From contig JAGOQF010000003.1 in NCBI GenBank assembly GCA_017991615.1, forward strand, positions 285 through 64,284: a stretch of DNA of 64,000 nt, in the 5' to 3' direction. Positions 36,098-46,738 of this stretch are shown piece by piece; the first letter of the stretch is position 1, and each line of letters starts with the position of its first letter. The notes beneath the pieces are model-generated. The model made no database searches, was not told where the DNA came from, and saw nothing but the letters and a program-made list of their open reading frames with translations. Position numbers and translations under genes: made by a program. Origin of the DNA: Candidatus Shapirobacteria bacterium (lineage in GTDB: Bacteria; Patescibacteriota; Microgenomatia; UBA12405).

Positions 36098-36874
36098 ATG
36101 GACGACATCAAAAATAAATCAATTGATCAACAAGATCAAGATAATTATCAAGAAATTCTTGATAAATATGCCGCTTCTGTCAAACCTGAAACCGATATTA
36201 CTCCTCCTTCATCACCAGAAACAGTCTCTTCAGAAACTATTACTACTACTACCGCTTCTGCCTCCAATGAAACCGACCCTATTATAAACGATAACCTCAC
36301 TCCTCCTCCTGAAACTGAAGTCACTCCTGTCGCTCCAGTTACTCCTCCATCTCTATCCCCAGAACCCGAATCCAAAACCAAAACCCCCGAAGAAATCAAA
36401 GCTGAAATTGACAGAATTTTAGTCGATGATCCCAATCAAACATCTTCCTCTAAATCGGAACCCATTACTTCACCTTCCGTTTCCTCGTCCAGCAAATTTC
36501 TAAAAACTCTTTTTATTATTTCTCTAATTATTTTTCTAACCATAATTGGTTTATTGGTCTATTTTGCATTTTTTAACAAACCCATCAAAAATAATTCTCC
36601 AGACGAGGGTATAGTTCCTACCTCCGTTCCTGAAGTTACTTGTGAACTTAACGGAGTCGAATATAAACTAGGTGAATCTTTTCCTTCCGCCGACGGTTGT
36701 AATACTTGTGTTTGTCAATCTCCTGATGTCATCACTTGCACTGAAATGGCCTGTGACACCAATTCTACCCCTGAGGTTGAAATTACCACTGTCACTCCTG
36801 CTCCCTCAGCCACCAAATCTGGAATCAAAACCATTACTCCCACCACTTCTACCTCGCCAACTTTAGGTCCCTAG
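36098..36874 (+). CDS. Bitopic membrane protein with a PT/S-rich N-terminal region and an extracytoplasmic Cys-rich domain resembling a VWC-like module.
   Basis: TM segment LFIISLIIFLTIIGLLVYFAFF. The Cys pattern is CELNGVEYKLGESFPSADGCNTCVCQSPDVITCTEMAC (CxxNGxxYxxGExFxxxDGCNxCxC...C...C). Confidence 0.5.
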   Translation: MDDIKNKSIDQQDQDNYQEILDKYAASVKPETDITPPSSPETVSSETITTTTASASNETDPIINDNLTPPPETEVTPVAPVTPPSLSPEPESKTKTPEEIKAEIDRILVDDPNQTSSSKSEPITSPSVSSSSKFLKTLFIISLIIFLTIIGLLVYFAFFNKPIKNNSPDEGIVPTSVPEVTCELNGVEYKLGESFPSADGCNTCVCQSPDVITCTEMACDTNSTPEVEITTVTPAPSATKSGIKTITPTTSTSPTLGP

Positions 36875-37016
36875 TTTTTGAACCAAAATCCTACCTATTG
36901 CTAACTCTTGACACTAGGTTTATAATACCCTCATTCTAGCGAGCGGTTGGTACATAACTCGCGCATCCGTTGGAGATCTTTTGTTAACGGATCATTTTTA
37001 GTAATTAAATTTATTG

Positions 37017-40000
37017 ATGCCTTCCGTAAAACGAACTTACTGGGGTAAGAAGTATCCCAATATTCCCAAGTTAGATTTAATTCAAATTCAAAAGGAATCA
37101 TGGCAAGATTTTCTTGATCGTGAGCTTAAAGAGACCATTCACGCCATCAGTCCTATTGTTGATTATACCGGCAACAACTGGCAACTTGATTTAGGCGAAC
37201 TTTCCTACGATCCTGTCACCATTACTCCCGAAACTGCCAAGAAAAAAGGCCTAAATTACACTCTTCCTGTTCGTATCAAAGCCACCCTAACCAACAAACG
37301 CACCGGTAATGTCCGCGAAGAAGATGTCTTCTTTCTTAATCTCCCTACTATGACCGATGAAGGTACCTTCATTATCAATGGTATTGAAAGGGGAATTATT
37401 AATCAGTTAGTCCGTTCTCCTGGTGTTTATTTTACCGGCGAGAGAGACCCAGCTACCGGCAAAACCCTTTATAATGCCGAACTCCGCCCCAACAAAGGTT
37501 CTTGGTTGGAATTTTTTGTCGGCAAAAAAGATGTTATCTTTGCCCGTATTGACCGAAAAAAGAAGTTTCCTGCCACCATTCTTCTCCGAGCCGCTTGTCA
37601 ATTAAATGATAAGCAACTTATCAGTGAATTTAGTGATTTTATTTCTGCCACTATTCAGGCTGATGTTTCCAAAAATCCTGATGAAGCTGTTTTGGAATTT
37701 TATCGTAAACTTCGTCCTGGTGAGCCGGTAGTTATGGAAAATGCCCAGAAATTTTTTGAAGAAAGATTTTTTGATCTTCGAACTTATGAACTTGGTCCTG
37801 TCGGCCGCTACAAAGTTAACAAAAAATTCGGTTTTAAATTTGACGATACCGACAAAGCCAATTGGGTGTTACGAAAAGAAGACTTAATTGCCACCGTCAA
37901 ATATCTAGTCCAACTTCAAAAAGGCGAAGTTACTCGTCTTGATGATATTGATAGTCTGGCCAACCGTCGTCTTCGTCGTTGTGGCGAAATTGTTTCTCAA
38001 ATCGCTATTCGTCCAGCCATGGCCAGGTTTGAAAGAATGGTTAAAGAGAGAATGAGTTTAATTTCCACCAAAGAAAAACCGGCTCCCAGTCAAATGATCA
38101 ATCCTCAACCGCTTATCTCTACTCTCAACACTTTCTTTAGATCCAACCAATTATCAGCTATTCTCGATCAAACCAATCCTTTATCTGAACTTGATTTATT
38201 GCGCCGTGTTACTGTTGTTGGTATCGGTGGTTTGACTCGTGATCGTGCCGCTTTCTCCATCCGTGACGTTCATTCTTCTCAATACGGTCGTATTTGTACT
38301 GTTCGCTCTCCTGAAGGTCCCAACATTGGTTTGGTTACTTACCTTGCTCTTTACGCCAAAGTTGATAAATACGGTTTCATTTTGGCTCCTTTTAGAAAAC
38401 TGGTCAAAGTTAAAGACGGTTATACCATCTCCGACGATTATTTTTATCTTGATGCCGATGATGAATATGATAAAAAAATCACCCATCTTGGCATTGAATT
38501 TGATGATCAAGGAGTTACTCATCAAAAGTGGGTTCCTATCCGTTATCAAGGCGAATTTATTGAAGGCCCTATCAATCAGGTGGAATACATTGATCTAGTT
38601 CCCAACCAAATTGTTGGCGCTTCTGCCTCTTTGATTCCTTTCATTGACCATGATGATGCTACCAGAGCCCTTATGGGTTCTCACATGCAGACTCAGGCAG
38701 TTCCTTTAGTTTCTCCTCAGGCTCCGATTGTTGGTACCGGTATGGAAGGTCCCGTTGCTACTTCAATGAATCGAAGTGTTTTAGCTCATCGGTCCGGCAA
38801 AGTTACCTATGTTGATGCCTCAAAAATTGTCATTACCCTAGATAAAAAAGCCTCAGTTGAATATCACGACGAAAGCGAAATCAGTTCCGACGGTAAAACC
38901 GAAACTTATTACTTATCTAAATTTGAACGTACTTCGCCTTATGGTACTTGTTACAACCAAAGAGCCGTAGTTACTACCGGGGACGTGGTCAAACAAGGTG
39001 ACCTTTTAATTGACGGTCCTTCCACTGATGGTGGTGAACTTTCAATCGGTAAAAATTTATTGGTTGCTTACGCCGAGTTGGACGGTCTCAACTACGAAGA
39101 CTCTTTTTTGATTTCCGATAGATTGGTTAAAGAGGATATTCTGACCAATATTCAAATTTATGAATATCAGGCTCAAGTGGTTGAAACCAAACTTGGCTCA
39201 GAAGAATTAACCAAAGATATCCCCAATGTTTCCGAAAATGAACTTAGCAAACTTACTGATGACGGTATTGTTATGATCGGTGCCACTGTCGGTCCTAACG
39301 ATATTTTAGTCGGTAAGGTCGAGCCTCGCGGTGAGAAAGAACTTTCTGCAGAAGAAAGACTTCTTCGTGCCATTTTTGGTGAAAAAGCCCGTGAAGTCAA
39401 AGATACTTCCCTTCGAGTCGCCAATGGTGAAGGTGGTGTCGTTATCAAAGTTGATGTCCTTGACAAAGATCAAGGTGACGAGCTTGATCCTGGTGTTAAT
39501 AAAGTTGTTAAAGTCTATGTAGCTCAAATCCGCCGGATTCAAGAAGGCGACAAAATTGCTGGCAGACATGGTAATAAAGGCGTTATTGGTCGAGTTTGGC
39601 CCGCCTATGATATGCCTCGCACCGCCGACGGTACTCCGGTTGACTTAGTTATGTCGCCGATTTCTGTAATTTCCCGTATGAATCTGGGTCAGATTTTAGA
39701 AGCTAACTTAGCTCATGCCGGTCTTCATCTCAACAAAAGATATGCTGTTCCTGTTTTTGAAAAATATCCTGAAAGCCGCATTACCGATGAACTCGAAGCT
39801 GCTGGTCTCAATAAAAATTGCAAAGTCCAACTTTACGACGGTCGTACCGGCGAAGCTTACGATCAACAAACCGTAGTTGGTGTCGCCTATATTCTTAAGT
39901 TAGTTCACATGGTCGACGATAAGGTCCACTCTCGATCCACCGGTCCTTACTCTTTAGTTACTCAGCAACCTCTCGGCGGCAAAGCTCGCATGGGTGGTCA

Positions 40001-40388
40001 AAGATTAGGAGAGATGGAAGTTTGGGCCCTAGAAGCTCATCGAGCCGCCCATACTTTACGGGAGATGTTGACTATCAAATCTGACGATATTGACGGTCGT
40101 ACCCATGCTTTCCAGTCAATTATCAAAGGTGAACCTATTCCTGAACCTGCTATCCCTGAATCGTTCAAAGTTCTTACCAAAGAACTTGCCGGTCTGGCTT
40201 TAGACATTTCACCTGTCGGCGTCAAAGAGATTGATCTTCTTCCTGAAGAAGAAACTCCCAACCCAGATTTCAAACCGGAAGATGTCGACTTAGACATCTC
40301 GACAGAAGAAAATTTTGAAGCTGAAAGCGATGGTTTAACCGTAGCTGATTCGGCTCAGTTAGAGGATGAAACAAAGGAGGAACAATAA
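37017..40388 (+). CDS. rpoB: DNA-directed RNA polymerase subunit beta.
   Basis: Canonical RpoB along its full length (GxxxRxGEMEVWALEAHRAA and others). The ATG at 37017 is preferred over the adjacent TTG at 37014. Confidence 0.97.
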   Translation: MPSVKRTYWGKKYPNIPKLDLIQIQKESWQDFLDRELKETIHAISPIVDYTGNNWQLDLGELSYDPVTITPETAKKKGLNYTLPVRIKATLTNKRTGNVREEDVFFLNLPTMTDEGTFIINGIERGIINQLVRSPGVYFTGERDPATGKTLYNAELRPNKGSWLEFFVGKKDVIFARIDRKKKFPATILLRAACQLNDKQLISEFSDFISATIQADVSKNPDEAVLEFYRKLRPGEPVVMENAQKFFEERFFDLRTYELGPVGRYKVNKKFGFKFDDTDKANWVLRKEDLIATVKYLVQLQKGEVTRLDDIDSLANRRLRRCGEIVSQIAIRPAMARFERMVKERMSLISTKEKPAPSQMINPQPLISTLNTFFRSNQLSAILDQTNPLSELDLLRRVTVVGIGGLTRDRAAFSIRDVHSSQYGRICTVRSPEGPNIGLVTYLALYAKVDKYGFILAPFRKLVKVKDGYTISDDYFYLDADDEYDKKITHLGIEFDDQGVTHQKWVPIRYQGEFIEGPINQVEYIDLVPNQIVGASASLIPFIDHDDATRALMGSHMQTQAVPLVSPQAPIVGTGMEGPVATSMNRSVLAHRSGKVTYVDASKIVITLDKKASVEYHDESEISSDGKTETYYLSKFERTSPYGTCYNQRAVVTTGDVVKQGDLLIDGPSTDGGELSIGKNLLVAYAELDGLNYEDSFLISDRLVKEDILTNIQIYEYQAQVVETKLGSEELTKDIPNVSENELSKLTDDGIVMIGATVGPNDILVGKVEPRGEKELSAEERLLRAIFGEKAREVKDTSLRVANGEGGVVIKVDVLDKDQGDELDPGVNKVVKVYVAQIRRIQEGDKIAGRHGNKGVIGRVWPAYDMPRTADGTPVDLVMSPISVISRMNLGQILEANLAHAGLHLNKRYAVPVFEKYPESRITDELEAAGLNKNCKVQLYDGRTGEAYDQQTVVGVAYILKLVHMVDDKVHSRSTGPYSLVTQQPLGGKARMGGQRLGEMEVWALEAHRAAHTLREMLTIKSDDIDGRTHAFQSIIKGEPIPEPAIPESFKVLTKELAGLALDISPVGVKEIDLLPEEETPNPDFKPEDVDLDISTEENFEAESDGLTVADSAQLEDETKEEQ

Positions 40389-43300
40389 TGTTTAAATATA
40401 AAAATATGATCGATTTTACCGGTCTTCAAATTAAATTAGCTTCTCCAGAAGAAATTCTCAGCTGGTCTCATGGTGAAGTTACTAAACCGGAAACCATTAA
40501 CTACCGTAGCTGGCGTCCCGAAAAAGATGGTCTTTTTTGTGAGAAAATTTTCGGTCCCAGCCGTGATTATGAATGTTATTGTGGTAAATACAAAAAAATT
40601 CGTTTCAAAGGTGTTATCTGCGATCGTTGTGGAGTTGAAGTTACCGTCTCCAAAGTTCGACGTGAACGTATGGGTCATATTGCTCTAGCTGCTCCAGTAA
40701 CTCACCTTTGGTATCTTCGCAATACCCCTTCACCATTGGGAGTGATTTTAGATGTTTCTCAAAAAGATCTTGAATCGGTTGTTTATTTTACTAAATATTT
40801 AGTTACTAAAATCGACGATTCCAAGCGGAAAGAAGCTCTAGACAATCTCCGTCAACATTCTCATCAGCGCCTAGAACAAATTGATATTGACACCAAAAAA
40901 GCCATTGAACAGAAAACTAAAGACATGAATAAGGAAAAAGCCGATTTGAAAAAGAAAATTAAAAATAAAGATCAACTTAACATTGCCCAAGAAGAAAGAG
41001 ATGTCCGTCTCAAACAAGAGATTCAAAAAATTGAAAATAAAGCTTTAACTGAAAAAAATCGGATTGAGGGTTTAATCAAATATCTTGAAGAAAAAATCCA
41101 AACTATTGAAGTTTTGTCCACTATTTCTGATGAAGAAAGCTTTTATCTCTCTCAATTCCGAGCCGACATTTTCTTTACTGCCAAAATGGGTGCCGAAAGT
41201 TTAGTCGAAGTCTTATCCCAAATTGATTTGGTTGAAACCGTCAAGAATCTCAAAAAAGAGCTTGCTAAAACCAGTTCCAAAATCAAGAAAAAGAAAATCA
41301 TGTATAAAATCCGGATTCTCAACGGTATGATTGACAATGATATCAAACCGACTTCTATGATTTTAACAAATGTTCCGGTAATTCCACCAGATTTACGTCC
41401 CATGGTTCAATTGACTGGTGGTCGTTTTGCTACCTCCGATCTAAACGATTTATATCGCCGTCTTATCAACCGTAATAACCGTCTCAAAAAATTACTTAAA
41501 CTTGGAGCCCCAGAAATAATTCTTCGTAACGAAAAAAGAATGCTTCAGGAGTCAGTCGATATTTTAATTGACGCTCAAAAAGCCTCCAAGAATAAACGTA
41601 AGAGTATCAAACGAGTTCCTCGATCTCTTTCTGATTTGTTACGTGGCAAAAAAGGTCGTTTCCGCCGCAATCTTTTAGGTAAGCGGGTTGATTATTCCGG
41701 CCGTTCTGTCATTGTTGTCGGCCCCGAGCTAAAACTTGATCAAGTTGGTTTACCCAAAGAAATTGCCTTGGAAATGTTCAGACCTTTCGTTTTAAGAGAA
41801 CTTATGGCTGTTGGTATTGCCCCCAACATCAAGAGTGCTAAAAATCTAATTGATCATCGAGTTACTGAGGTTTATGATATTCTCGAAAAAGTCACCCAGG
41901 ATAAATATGTCCTTCTTAACCGAGCTCCCACTCTTCACAAACTTTCAATTCAAGCTTTCAAGCCGGTTTTAACCGACGGTCTAGCCATTCGTCTTCACCC
42001 TTGTGTTTGTAAAGGTTTTAATGCCGATTTTGATGGCGACCAGATGGGTGTTCATTTGCCTTTGTCTGAGGCCTCTCAAAAGGAAGCTAAAAAATTAATG
42101 TTGCCTTCCAAAAATTTACTCAAGCCAGCGGACAGCAGTCCTATTTCTATTCCAACTCAAGGTATGGCTGTTGGTTGTTATTATATTACTTCTGTTCGTT
42201 CTCAGGATTTAGACAAAGAGGCTGCTGAAGGTTTTAAAGACCTCCCAATTTTTACCAATCGTACCGAAGCTGAGTTGGCTTATCAATCTCATCAAATTGA
42301 ACTTCGTCAACTTATTGCTGTTCGTATCAAAGGTGAAATTATCAAGACTACCTTTGGTCGAATCTGGTTTAATAAAATTCTTCCCAAAGAATTTAGTTTT
42401 GTTAACGAAGCTATGGCCGGGTCCAAAGCTCTCAATGACTTAGTTGTCAAATCTTTAAAAATTGCCGGTCGAGTCAAAACTGTTAAACTTATCGATGCTC
42501 TCAAAGATATTGGTTTTAAGGGCTTTACTTTGTCAGGTATCTCTTTGTCTATGGAAGATTGTGGTTATCTCCCTGAGAAAAATGACATTATTCACAATGC
42601 CAATAAATTAGTGGCTGAGATTGAGGAAAATTACAAAGTTGGTCTTATTAGCAACGACGAGAAAAAACGTTTAAGTCAAAATATTTGGTTGGAAAAAACC
42701 GAAGAAATTGCTGAAAAAACCTGGAATACTCTTGATATTGATTCTCCTATTAGAATTGTCTCTTCAGCTGGCATTAAGCGAGCCTCTAAAGACCAAATCA
42801 AACAAATTTCAGGTATGCGCGGACTTATGGTCGATCCCACTGGGAAAATAGTTCAATTACCTACCAAGTCTAATTTCCGCGAAGGTCTATCAGTTTTTGA
42901 GTATGTTACCGGCGCTCGCGGTACTCGCAAAGGTCTGGCTGATACTGCTCTCAAAACCGCTGATGCCGGTTATTTGACCAGGCGTCTGGTTGATGCCGCC
43001 CACATTTCTATCATCAGAATTGATGACTGTGGTACCAATAAATACATTACTATTGATGCCAACGAAAAAGGCCGTGAAAGATATTTTGCTCGCCGTATCT
43101 TAGGTCGGGTTTTAGCCAACGATGTCGTTGATCCTAAAACTAAAAAAGTCCTTCTTAAAAAAGGTGAGGTTTTAGATGACAGTGCTGTTGATCTTATCGA
43201 AAATAAACAAATTACCCTAGTTGATATCCGTTCTCCGATTACCTGTGCCGCTGAAACTGGCCTCTGTCGCCAATGCTACGGTTGGGATCTGTCTACCCGA

Positions 43301-44122
43301 AAAATGGTCGATGTTGGTGTTCCTGTTGGCGTTATTGCTGCTCAGTCTGTTGGTGAACCTGGAACTCAATTAACCCTCAGAACCAAACATACCGGTGGTG
43401 TTGTCGGTGTCGATGTTACTCAAGGTTTACCTCGGGTTCAAGAATTGTTTGAAATTCGTATGCCTAAAATTCCCTCTCCTTTAGCCGAAATTGACGGTAA
43501 AATTAAAATTAAAGAAACTATCGACGGCTACGAAGTTAAACTTACTGGCAAAGACGACAAAAAAGTTACCAAAAATATCACCTATATTTTACCCTCAAAC
43601 GCCAATTTATTAGTTGCTGATGGTGATTTAGTTGGTAAAGGGACTCAGCTATCTTCTGGATCTTTGGATGTCAGAGAAATTATGGATATCAAGGGCTTAG
43701 AAGCTGCCCAAAAATATTTAATTAACAGTATCCAAGGTGTTTATGAGTCTCAAGGGATTACTATCCATGATAAACACTTAGAAGTTATTATCAAAGAAAT
43801 GAGCGGTAAAATCAAAATTGAAGACCCGGGTGACACTAACTTCCTTTATGGTCAGATTGTTTCTTTGGCAGTTTTCAACGCCACTAATGAAAAAGTCAAA
43901 ACTAAAGAAGATGGTAACAATAAACCCGCTACTGGTCGACAAATTCTCCTCGGTCTTATCCAGTCTGCCTTGACTACTGGATCCTGGTTGTCCGCCGCTT
44001 CTTTCCAACAAACTACCAGTATTTTGACCGAAGCCTCCTTGATTGCTGAAGTCGATGACTTGATAGGCCTAAAGGAAAATGTTATTATCGGACGTCTTAT
44101 TCCTGTCAGTAAGGATCAATAA
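40388..44122 (+). CDS. rpoC: DNA-directed RNA polymerase subunit beta'.
   Basis: Zn-binding CxxC...CxxC and the NADFDGDQM catalytic motif are present. Start overlaps the rpoB stop. Confidence 0.97.
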   Translation: MFKYKNMIDFTGLQIKLASPEEILSWSHGEVTKPETINYRSWRPEKDGLFCEKIFGPSRDYECYCGKYKKIRFKGVICDRCGVEVTVSKVRRERMGHIALAAPVTHLWYLRNTPSPLGVILDVSQKDLESVVYFTKYLVTKIDDSKRKEALDNLRQHSHQRLEQIDIDTKKAIEQKTKDMNKEKADLKKKIKNKDQLNIAQEERDVRLKQEIQKIENKALTEKNRIEGLIKYLEEKIQTIEVLSTISDEESFYLSQFRADIFFTAKMGAESLVEVLSQIDLVETVKNLKKELAKTSSKIKKKKIMYKIRILNGMIDNDIKPTSMILTNVPVIPPDLRPMVQLTGGRFATSDLNDLYRRLINRNNRLKKLLKLGAPEIILRNEKRMLQESVDILIDAQKASKNKRKSIKRVPRSLSDLLRGKKGRFRRNLLGKRVDYSGRSVIVVGPELKLDQVGLPKEIALEMFRPFVLRELMAVGIAPNIKSAKNLIDHRVTEVYDILEKVTQDKYVLLNRAPTLHKLSIQAFKPVLTDGLAIRLHPCVCKGFNADFDGDQMGVHLPLSEASQKEAKKLMLPSKNLLKPADSSPISIPTQGMAVGCYYITSVRSQDLDKEAAEGFKDLPIFTNRTEAELAYQSHQIELRQLIAVRIKGEIIKTTFGRIWFNKILPKEFSFVNEAMAGSKALNDLVVKSLKIAGRVKTVKLIDALKDIGFKGFTLSGISLSMEDCGYLPEKNDIIHNANKLVAEIEENYKVGLISNDEKKRLSQNIWLEKTEEIAEKTWNTLDIDSPIRIVSSAGIKRASKDQIKQISGMRGLMVDPTGKIVQLPTKSNFREGLSVFEYVTGARGTRKGLADTALKTADAGYLTRRLVDAAHISIIRIDDCGTNKYITIDANEKGRERYFARRILGRVLANDVVDPKTKKVLLKKGEVLDDSAVDLIENKQITLVDIRSPITCAAETGLCRQCYGWDLSTRKMVDVGVPVGVIAAQSVGEPGTQLTLRTKHTGGVVGVDVTQGLPRVQELFEIRMPKIPSPLAEIDGKIKIKETIDGYEVKLTGKDDKKVTKNITYILPSNANLLVADGDLVGKGTQLSSGSLDVREIMDIKGLEAAQKYLINSIQGVYESQGITIHDKHLEVIIKEMSGKIKIEDPGDTNFLYGQIVSLAVFNATNEKVKTKEDGNNKPATGRQILLGLIQSALTTGSWLSAASFQQTTSILTEASLIAEVDDLIGLKENVIIGRLIPVSKDQ

Positions 44123-44123
44123 T

Positions 44124-44549
44124 ATGCCAACATCAAATCAACTTATTAAACGTGGTCGTAAGGCCAGAGTCAAGAAACTTAAAACCGGCGCTCTTCGAGA
44201 TAATTTCAACACTATCAATAACCGGTTTACTAAAACTATCAACCCTATCAAAAAGGGAGTGGTTACTGTTGTCAAAACTATGACTCCCAAAAAACCCCAT
44301 TCTGCCTTGCGAAAAATTTGCAAAGTCAAACTCAGCAATCGTAATTTAGTTACTGCTTACATCCCCGGTATTGGCCATAATCTTGCTGAACACAGTATTA
44401 TTTCTATCAGAGGTGGCCGGGTTCGAGATTTGCCTGGTGTTCGTTATCATGTTATTCGGGGTAAGTTTGATGCCGCCGGAGTTACTGGACGAATGCAATC
44501 TCGCAGTAAATATGGCGCTAAAAAACCTGGTGCCAAAGCCGATTCTTAA
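44124..44549 (+). CDS. rpsL: 30S ribosomal protein S12.
   Basis: Start trimmed to [23 protein letters not shown]-type motif present. Confidence 0.95.
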   Translation: MPTSNQLIKRGRKARVKKLKTGALRDNFNTINNRFTKTINPIKKGVVTVVKTMTPKKPHSALRKICKVKLSNRNLVTAYIPGIGHNLAEHSIISIRGGRVRDLPGVRYHVIRGKFDAAGVTGRMQSRSKYGAKKPGAKADS

Positions 44550-44581
44550 TTTATTACTTTAATAAACCTATATAACCAATT

Positions 44582-45064
44582 ATGTCCAGAAAGGGAGCCA
44601 GTAAAATCAGACAAATAGAACCTGATGCTATCTACAACAGCGTTTTGGTTTCCAAAATTATCAACGCTATTATGAAAGATGGCAAGCGCAATGCTGCCGA
44701 AAAACAAATTTATCAAGCATTGGAACTGATTAAAAAAGATTTTCCTAAAGAATCTGAACTTGAAGTTCTGGAAAGAGCCATCGAAAACATCAAACCTAAA
44801 ATTGAAGTTCGTCCTCGTCGAATTGGTGGCGCTGTCTATCAAATTCCAACTCCAGTTCGCGGGCTTCGTCAAAATGCTCTGGCTATCCGTTGGTTAATCA
44901 GTGCTTCCCGCGCTCGCAGTAACAAACAATATCATTCTTTTGCCCAAAAAATTGTCGCCGAGTTAAATGATGCTCTTAGTAACAGCGGTGCTGCTGTCGC
45001 CAAAAGAATGGAAGTCGAACGTATGGCTGAAGCCAACAAAGCCTTTGCTCATTTGCGTTGGTAA
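44582..45064 (+). CDS. rpsG: 30S ribosomal protein S7.
   Basis: PDAIYNSVLVSKIINAIMKDGKR is canonical S7. Confidence 0.95.
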   Translation: MSRKGASKIRQIEPDAIYNSVLVSKIINAIMKDGKRNAAEKQIYQALELIKKDFPKESELEVLERAIENIKPKIEVRPRRIGGAVYQIPTPVRGLRQNALAIRWLISASRARSNKQYHSFAQKIVAELNDALSNSGAAVAKRMEVERMAEANKAFAHLRW

Positions 45065-45077
45065 TTTGATTAAAAAT

Positions 45078-45107
45078 CAAAACTCCCCGATAATGGGGAG
45101 TTTTTTG
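45078..45107 (+). terminator. Rho-independent terminator AAAACTCCCC-gataat-GGGGAGTTTT plus T-tract after rpsG.
   Basis: Perfect 10-bp stem followed by TTTTTTG, 14 nt after the rpsG stop. Confidence 0.7.
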
Positions 45108-45129
45108 TTTAAGATTAATTTTTAATCTC

Positions 45130-46560
45130 TTGATTTTATGGTCAGATTTAGTCATACTTAAACAGTATATGTCGTTATTTTCTAAGCCCAAGGTAGTCAT
45201 CTGGCCTAAAAACAAATCTGTTGAGATTTATCTTAGTCGCAAAAATGATAATTTTTTCAGTCTTGATATTAACCTTTGGGAAGATTGCAGTGATAAAGAT
45301 CTCGAAGGTTTGATTTATTTTTTTAATCAGAACAAAATTACTCAGGCTTCAGTTTTAGTTCCCGATGATGTTGTTGTCACCAAATCTTTTGTTTACGACA
45401 CCAAAATTGATACCATCGACAAAAAAGAGGTTATTGGTTTAGCCTCCGGTTTTGTTAACTTTGATATTGATCCTGATTCTATTGAACACTCCCTTATTCA
45501 GGACGGTGAAAAAACCATTATCAATGCCGTTATCTACGACAAATCAAAATTTGATTGTCTCAAATCCAATTTGCTTAAAACTAACTTGGTTATCAATTCT
45601 TACCGTCCTGTTTCTGCCGCCGTCAGCGATGTTGTTTCCAAAATTTATCTTAGTGAATTTTTCCTTATCTATCCCTTAAACGATAAAGATTACACTTTGA
45701 TGTTATCCAAAAATAATCAGGTTTATCTAACCGCCAATTTTAAAGGTCCTAGTCTTGATATTCAAAAAACTATTAATTATGCTCAATTATATTTTTCCAA
45801 TCCAGTCACCAAAATTTATTATCCTGAATCCAAAGATTTGGAGATTATCACTTCCACCGAAATGGAAAAAACTTCTTACAATGAATCTCAAATTGCTCAA
45901 AATTCGAATCATCCCCACAATATTCCTTTACCGGTCATTGGTCAGATTGATGGTATAATCAAACCATCTCAAGATATTAGTTCAAATAAACAACCAAATA
46001 TGAATAACAAGAAAAATCTCATTCCCATTATTGCTGTTATTATCTTTTCTTTTGTCATCGTCTCTTTTGTTGTCTACTTTATTATGAGCAAAAACAAGTC
46101 GAAAGAAATTATCGATGGCAGTCAAATTGATTCTGATATTGTCCCTACCACCATTATTGAAACTGTCACCCCCGAACCGACTCCAACTATCGCGGAGATT
46201 AGTAAAGATATCAAAATCCAAATTTTAAACGCTACCGATATCAACGGTCAGGCTGCTACTCTCAAGGCTAAATTGGTTTCTTTAGGTTTTGAAAATGTCG
46301 CTGTTGGTAATGCCGCTACTTCCGCTACCACCAATACTGTTCAAACCAAATCAGCCACCACTTCAGCTTATTTTGAATCAATTTTAGATCAAGACTTTCC
46401 CGCCGCCTATACTCAAGATCTCAAAACCACCTCTGCTTATGACGCTGTTTTCACTATCGGCACCGATATTTCCGGTATGAAAACCAGTGCTGTCACTATC
46501 ACTCCCACCAAAACCGCCACCCCAACTTCCACTGCCGTCACTCCTACTTTGGTTGAATAA
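45130..46560 (+). CDS. Bitopic membrane protein with a C-terminal LytR_C-like domain.
   Basis: TM segment IPIIAVIIFSFVIVSFVVYFIM. The C-terminus (IQILNATDINGQAATLKAKLVSLGFENVAVGNA) matches the LytR_C pattern. Confidence 0.5.
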   Translation: MILWSDLVILKQYMSLFSKPKVVIWPKNKSVEIYLSRKNDNFFSLDINLWEDCSDKDLEGLIYFFNQNKITQASVLVPDDVVVTKSFVYDTKIDTIDKKEVIGLASGFVNFDIDPDSIEHSLIQDGEKTIINAVIYDKSKFDCLKSNLLKTNLVINSYRPVSAAVSDVVSKIYLSEFFLIYPLNDKDYTLMLSKNNQVYLTANFKGPSLDIQKTINYAQLYFSNPVTKIYYPESKDLEIITSTEMEKTSYNESQIAQNSNHPHNIPLPVIGQIDGIIKPSQDISSNKQPNMNNKKNLIPIIAVIIFSFVIVSFVVYFIMSKNKSKEIIDGSQIDSDIVPTTIIETVTPEPTPTIAEISKDIKIQILNATDINGQAATLKAKLVSLGFENVAVGNAATSATTNTVQTKSATTSAYFESILDQDFPAAYTQDLKTTSAYDAVFTIGTDISGMKTSAVTITPTKTATPTSTAVTPTLVE

Positions 46561-46586
46561 TTTAATCAAAAACAAATAATTATTTT

Positions 46587-46607
46587 CCCCGCTTCAGCGG
46601 GGTTTTT
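46587..46607 (+). terminator. Rho-independent terminator CCCCGC-ttca-GCGGGG-TTTTT.
   Basis: Lies 27 nt after the stop of the 45130-46560 ORF. Confidence 0.65.
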
Positions 46608-46610
46608 AAC

Positions 46611-46671
46611 CAAAAAAATCCCGGTAGTGTTTTGTTGTATTTGCAATTGTTTGCAGAATACCACTACCGGG
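46611..46671 (-). terminator. Minus-strand terminator-like hairpin CCCGGTAGTG...CACTACCGGG with a U-tract (complement of CAAAAAAAT) downstream of the NUDIX gene.
   Basis: 10-bp GC-rich arms with a 32-nt loop. Together with the previous terminator it forms a convergent pair. Confidence 0.4.
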
Positions 46672-46738
46672 TAAAACTTAGACCAAGTTAAAAAAAGATA
46701 AAAAAGAAAACTATAGAAATAAAGAAATAAAACGGTTT

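Noticed and set aside
7967-36875. Intergenic regions scanned for tRNA genes.
   Set aside because: No 70-90-nt segment shows the cloverleaf hallmarks (GTTCGAAT-like T-loop, 7-bp acceptor pairing). No tRNA is called in this window.
37407-44011. Numerous short antisense or alternative-frame ORFs inside rpoB and rpoC.
   Set aside because: Both polymerase genes are intact and canonical across their length. The embedded ORFs have no motifs and no independent signals.
44079-45064. Extended starts for rpsL (44079). The same logic was applied to rplE (60524), rpsH (61259), rplO (63007), rpmC (59376) and rfbC (48726).
   Set aside because: Each extension overlaps the preceding gene in another frame. 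Internal ATGs give canonical ribosomal-protein N-termini and start right after the upstream stop codons.
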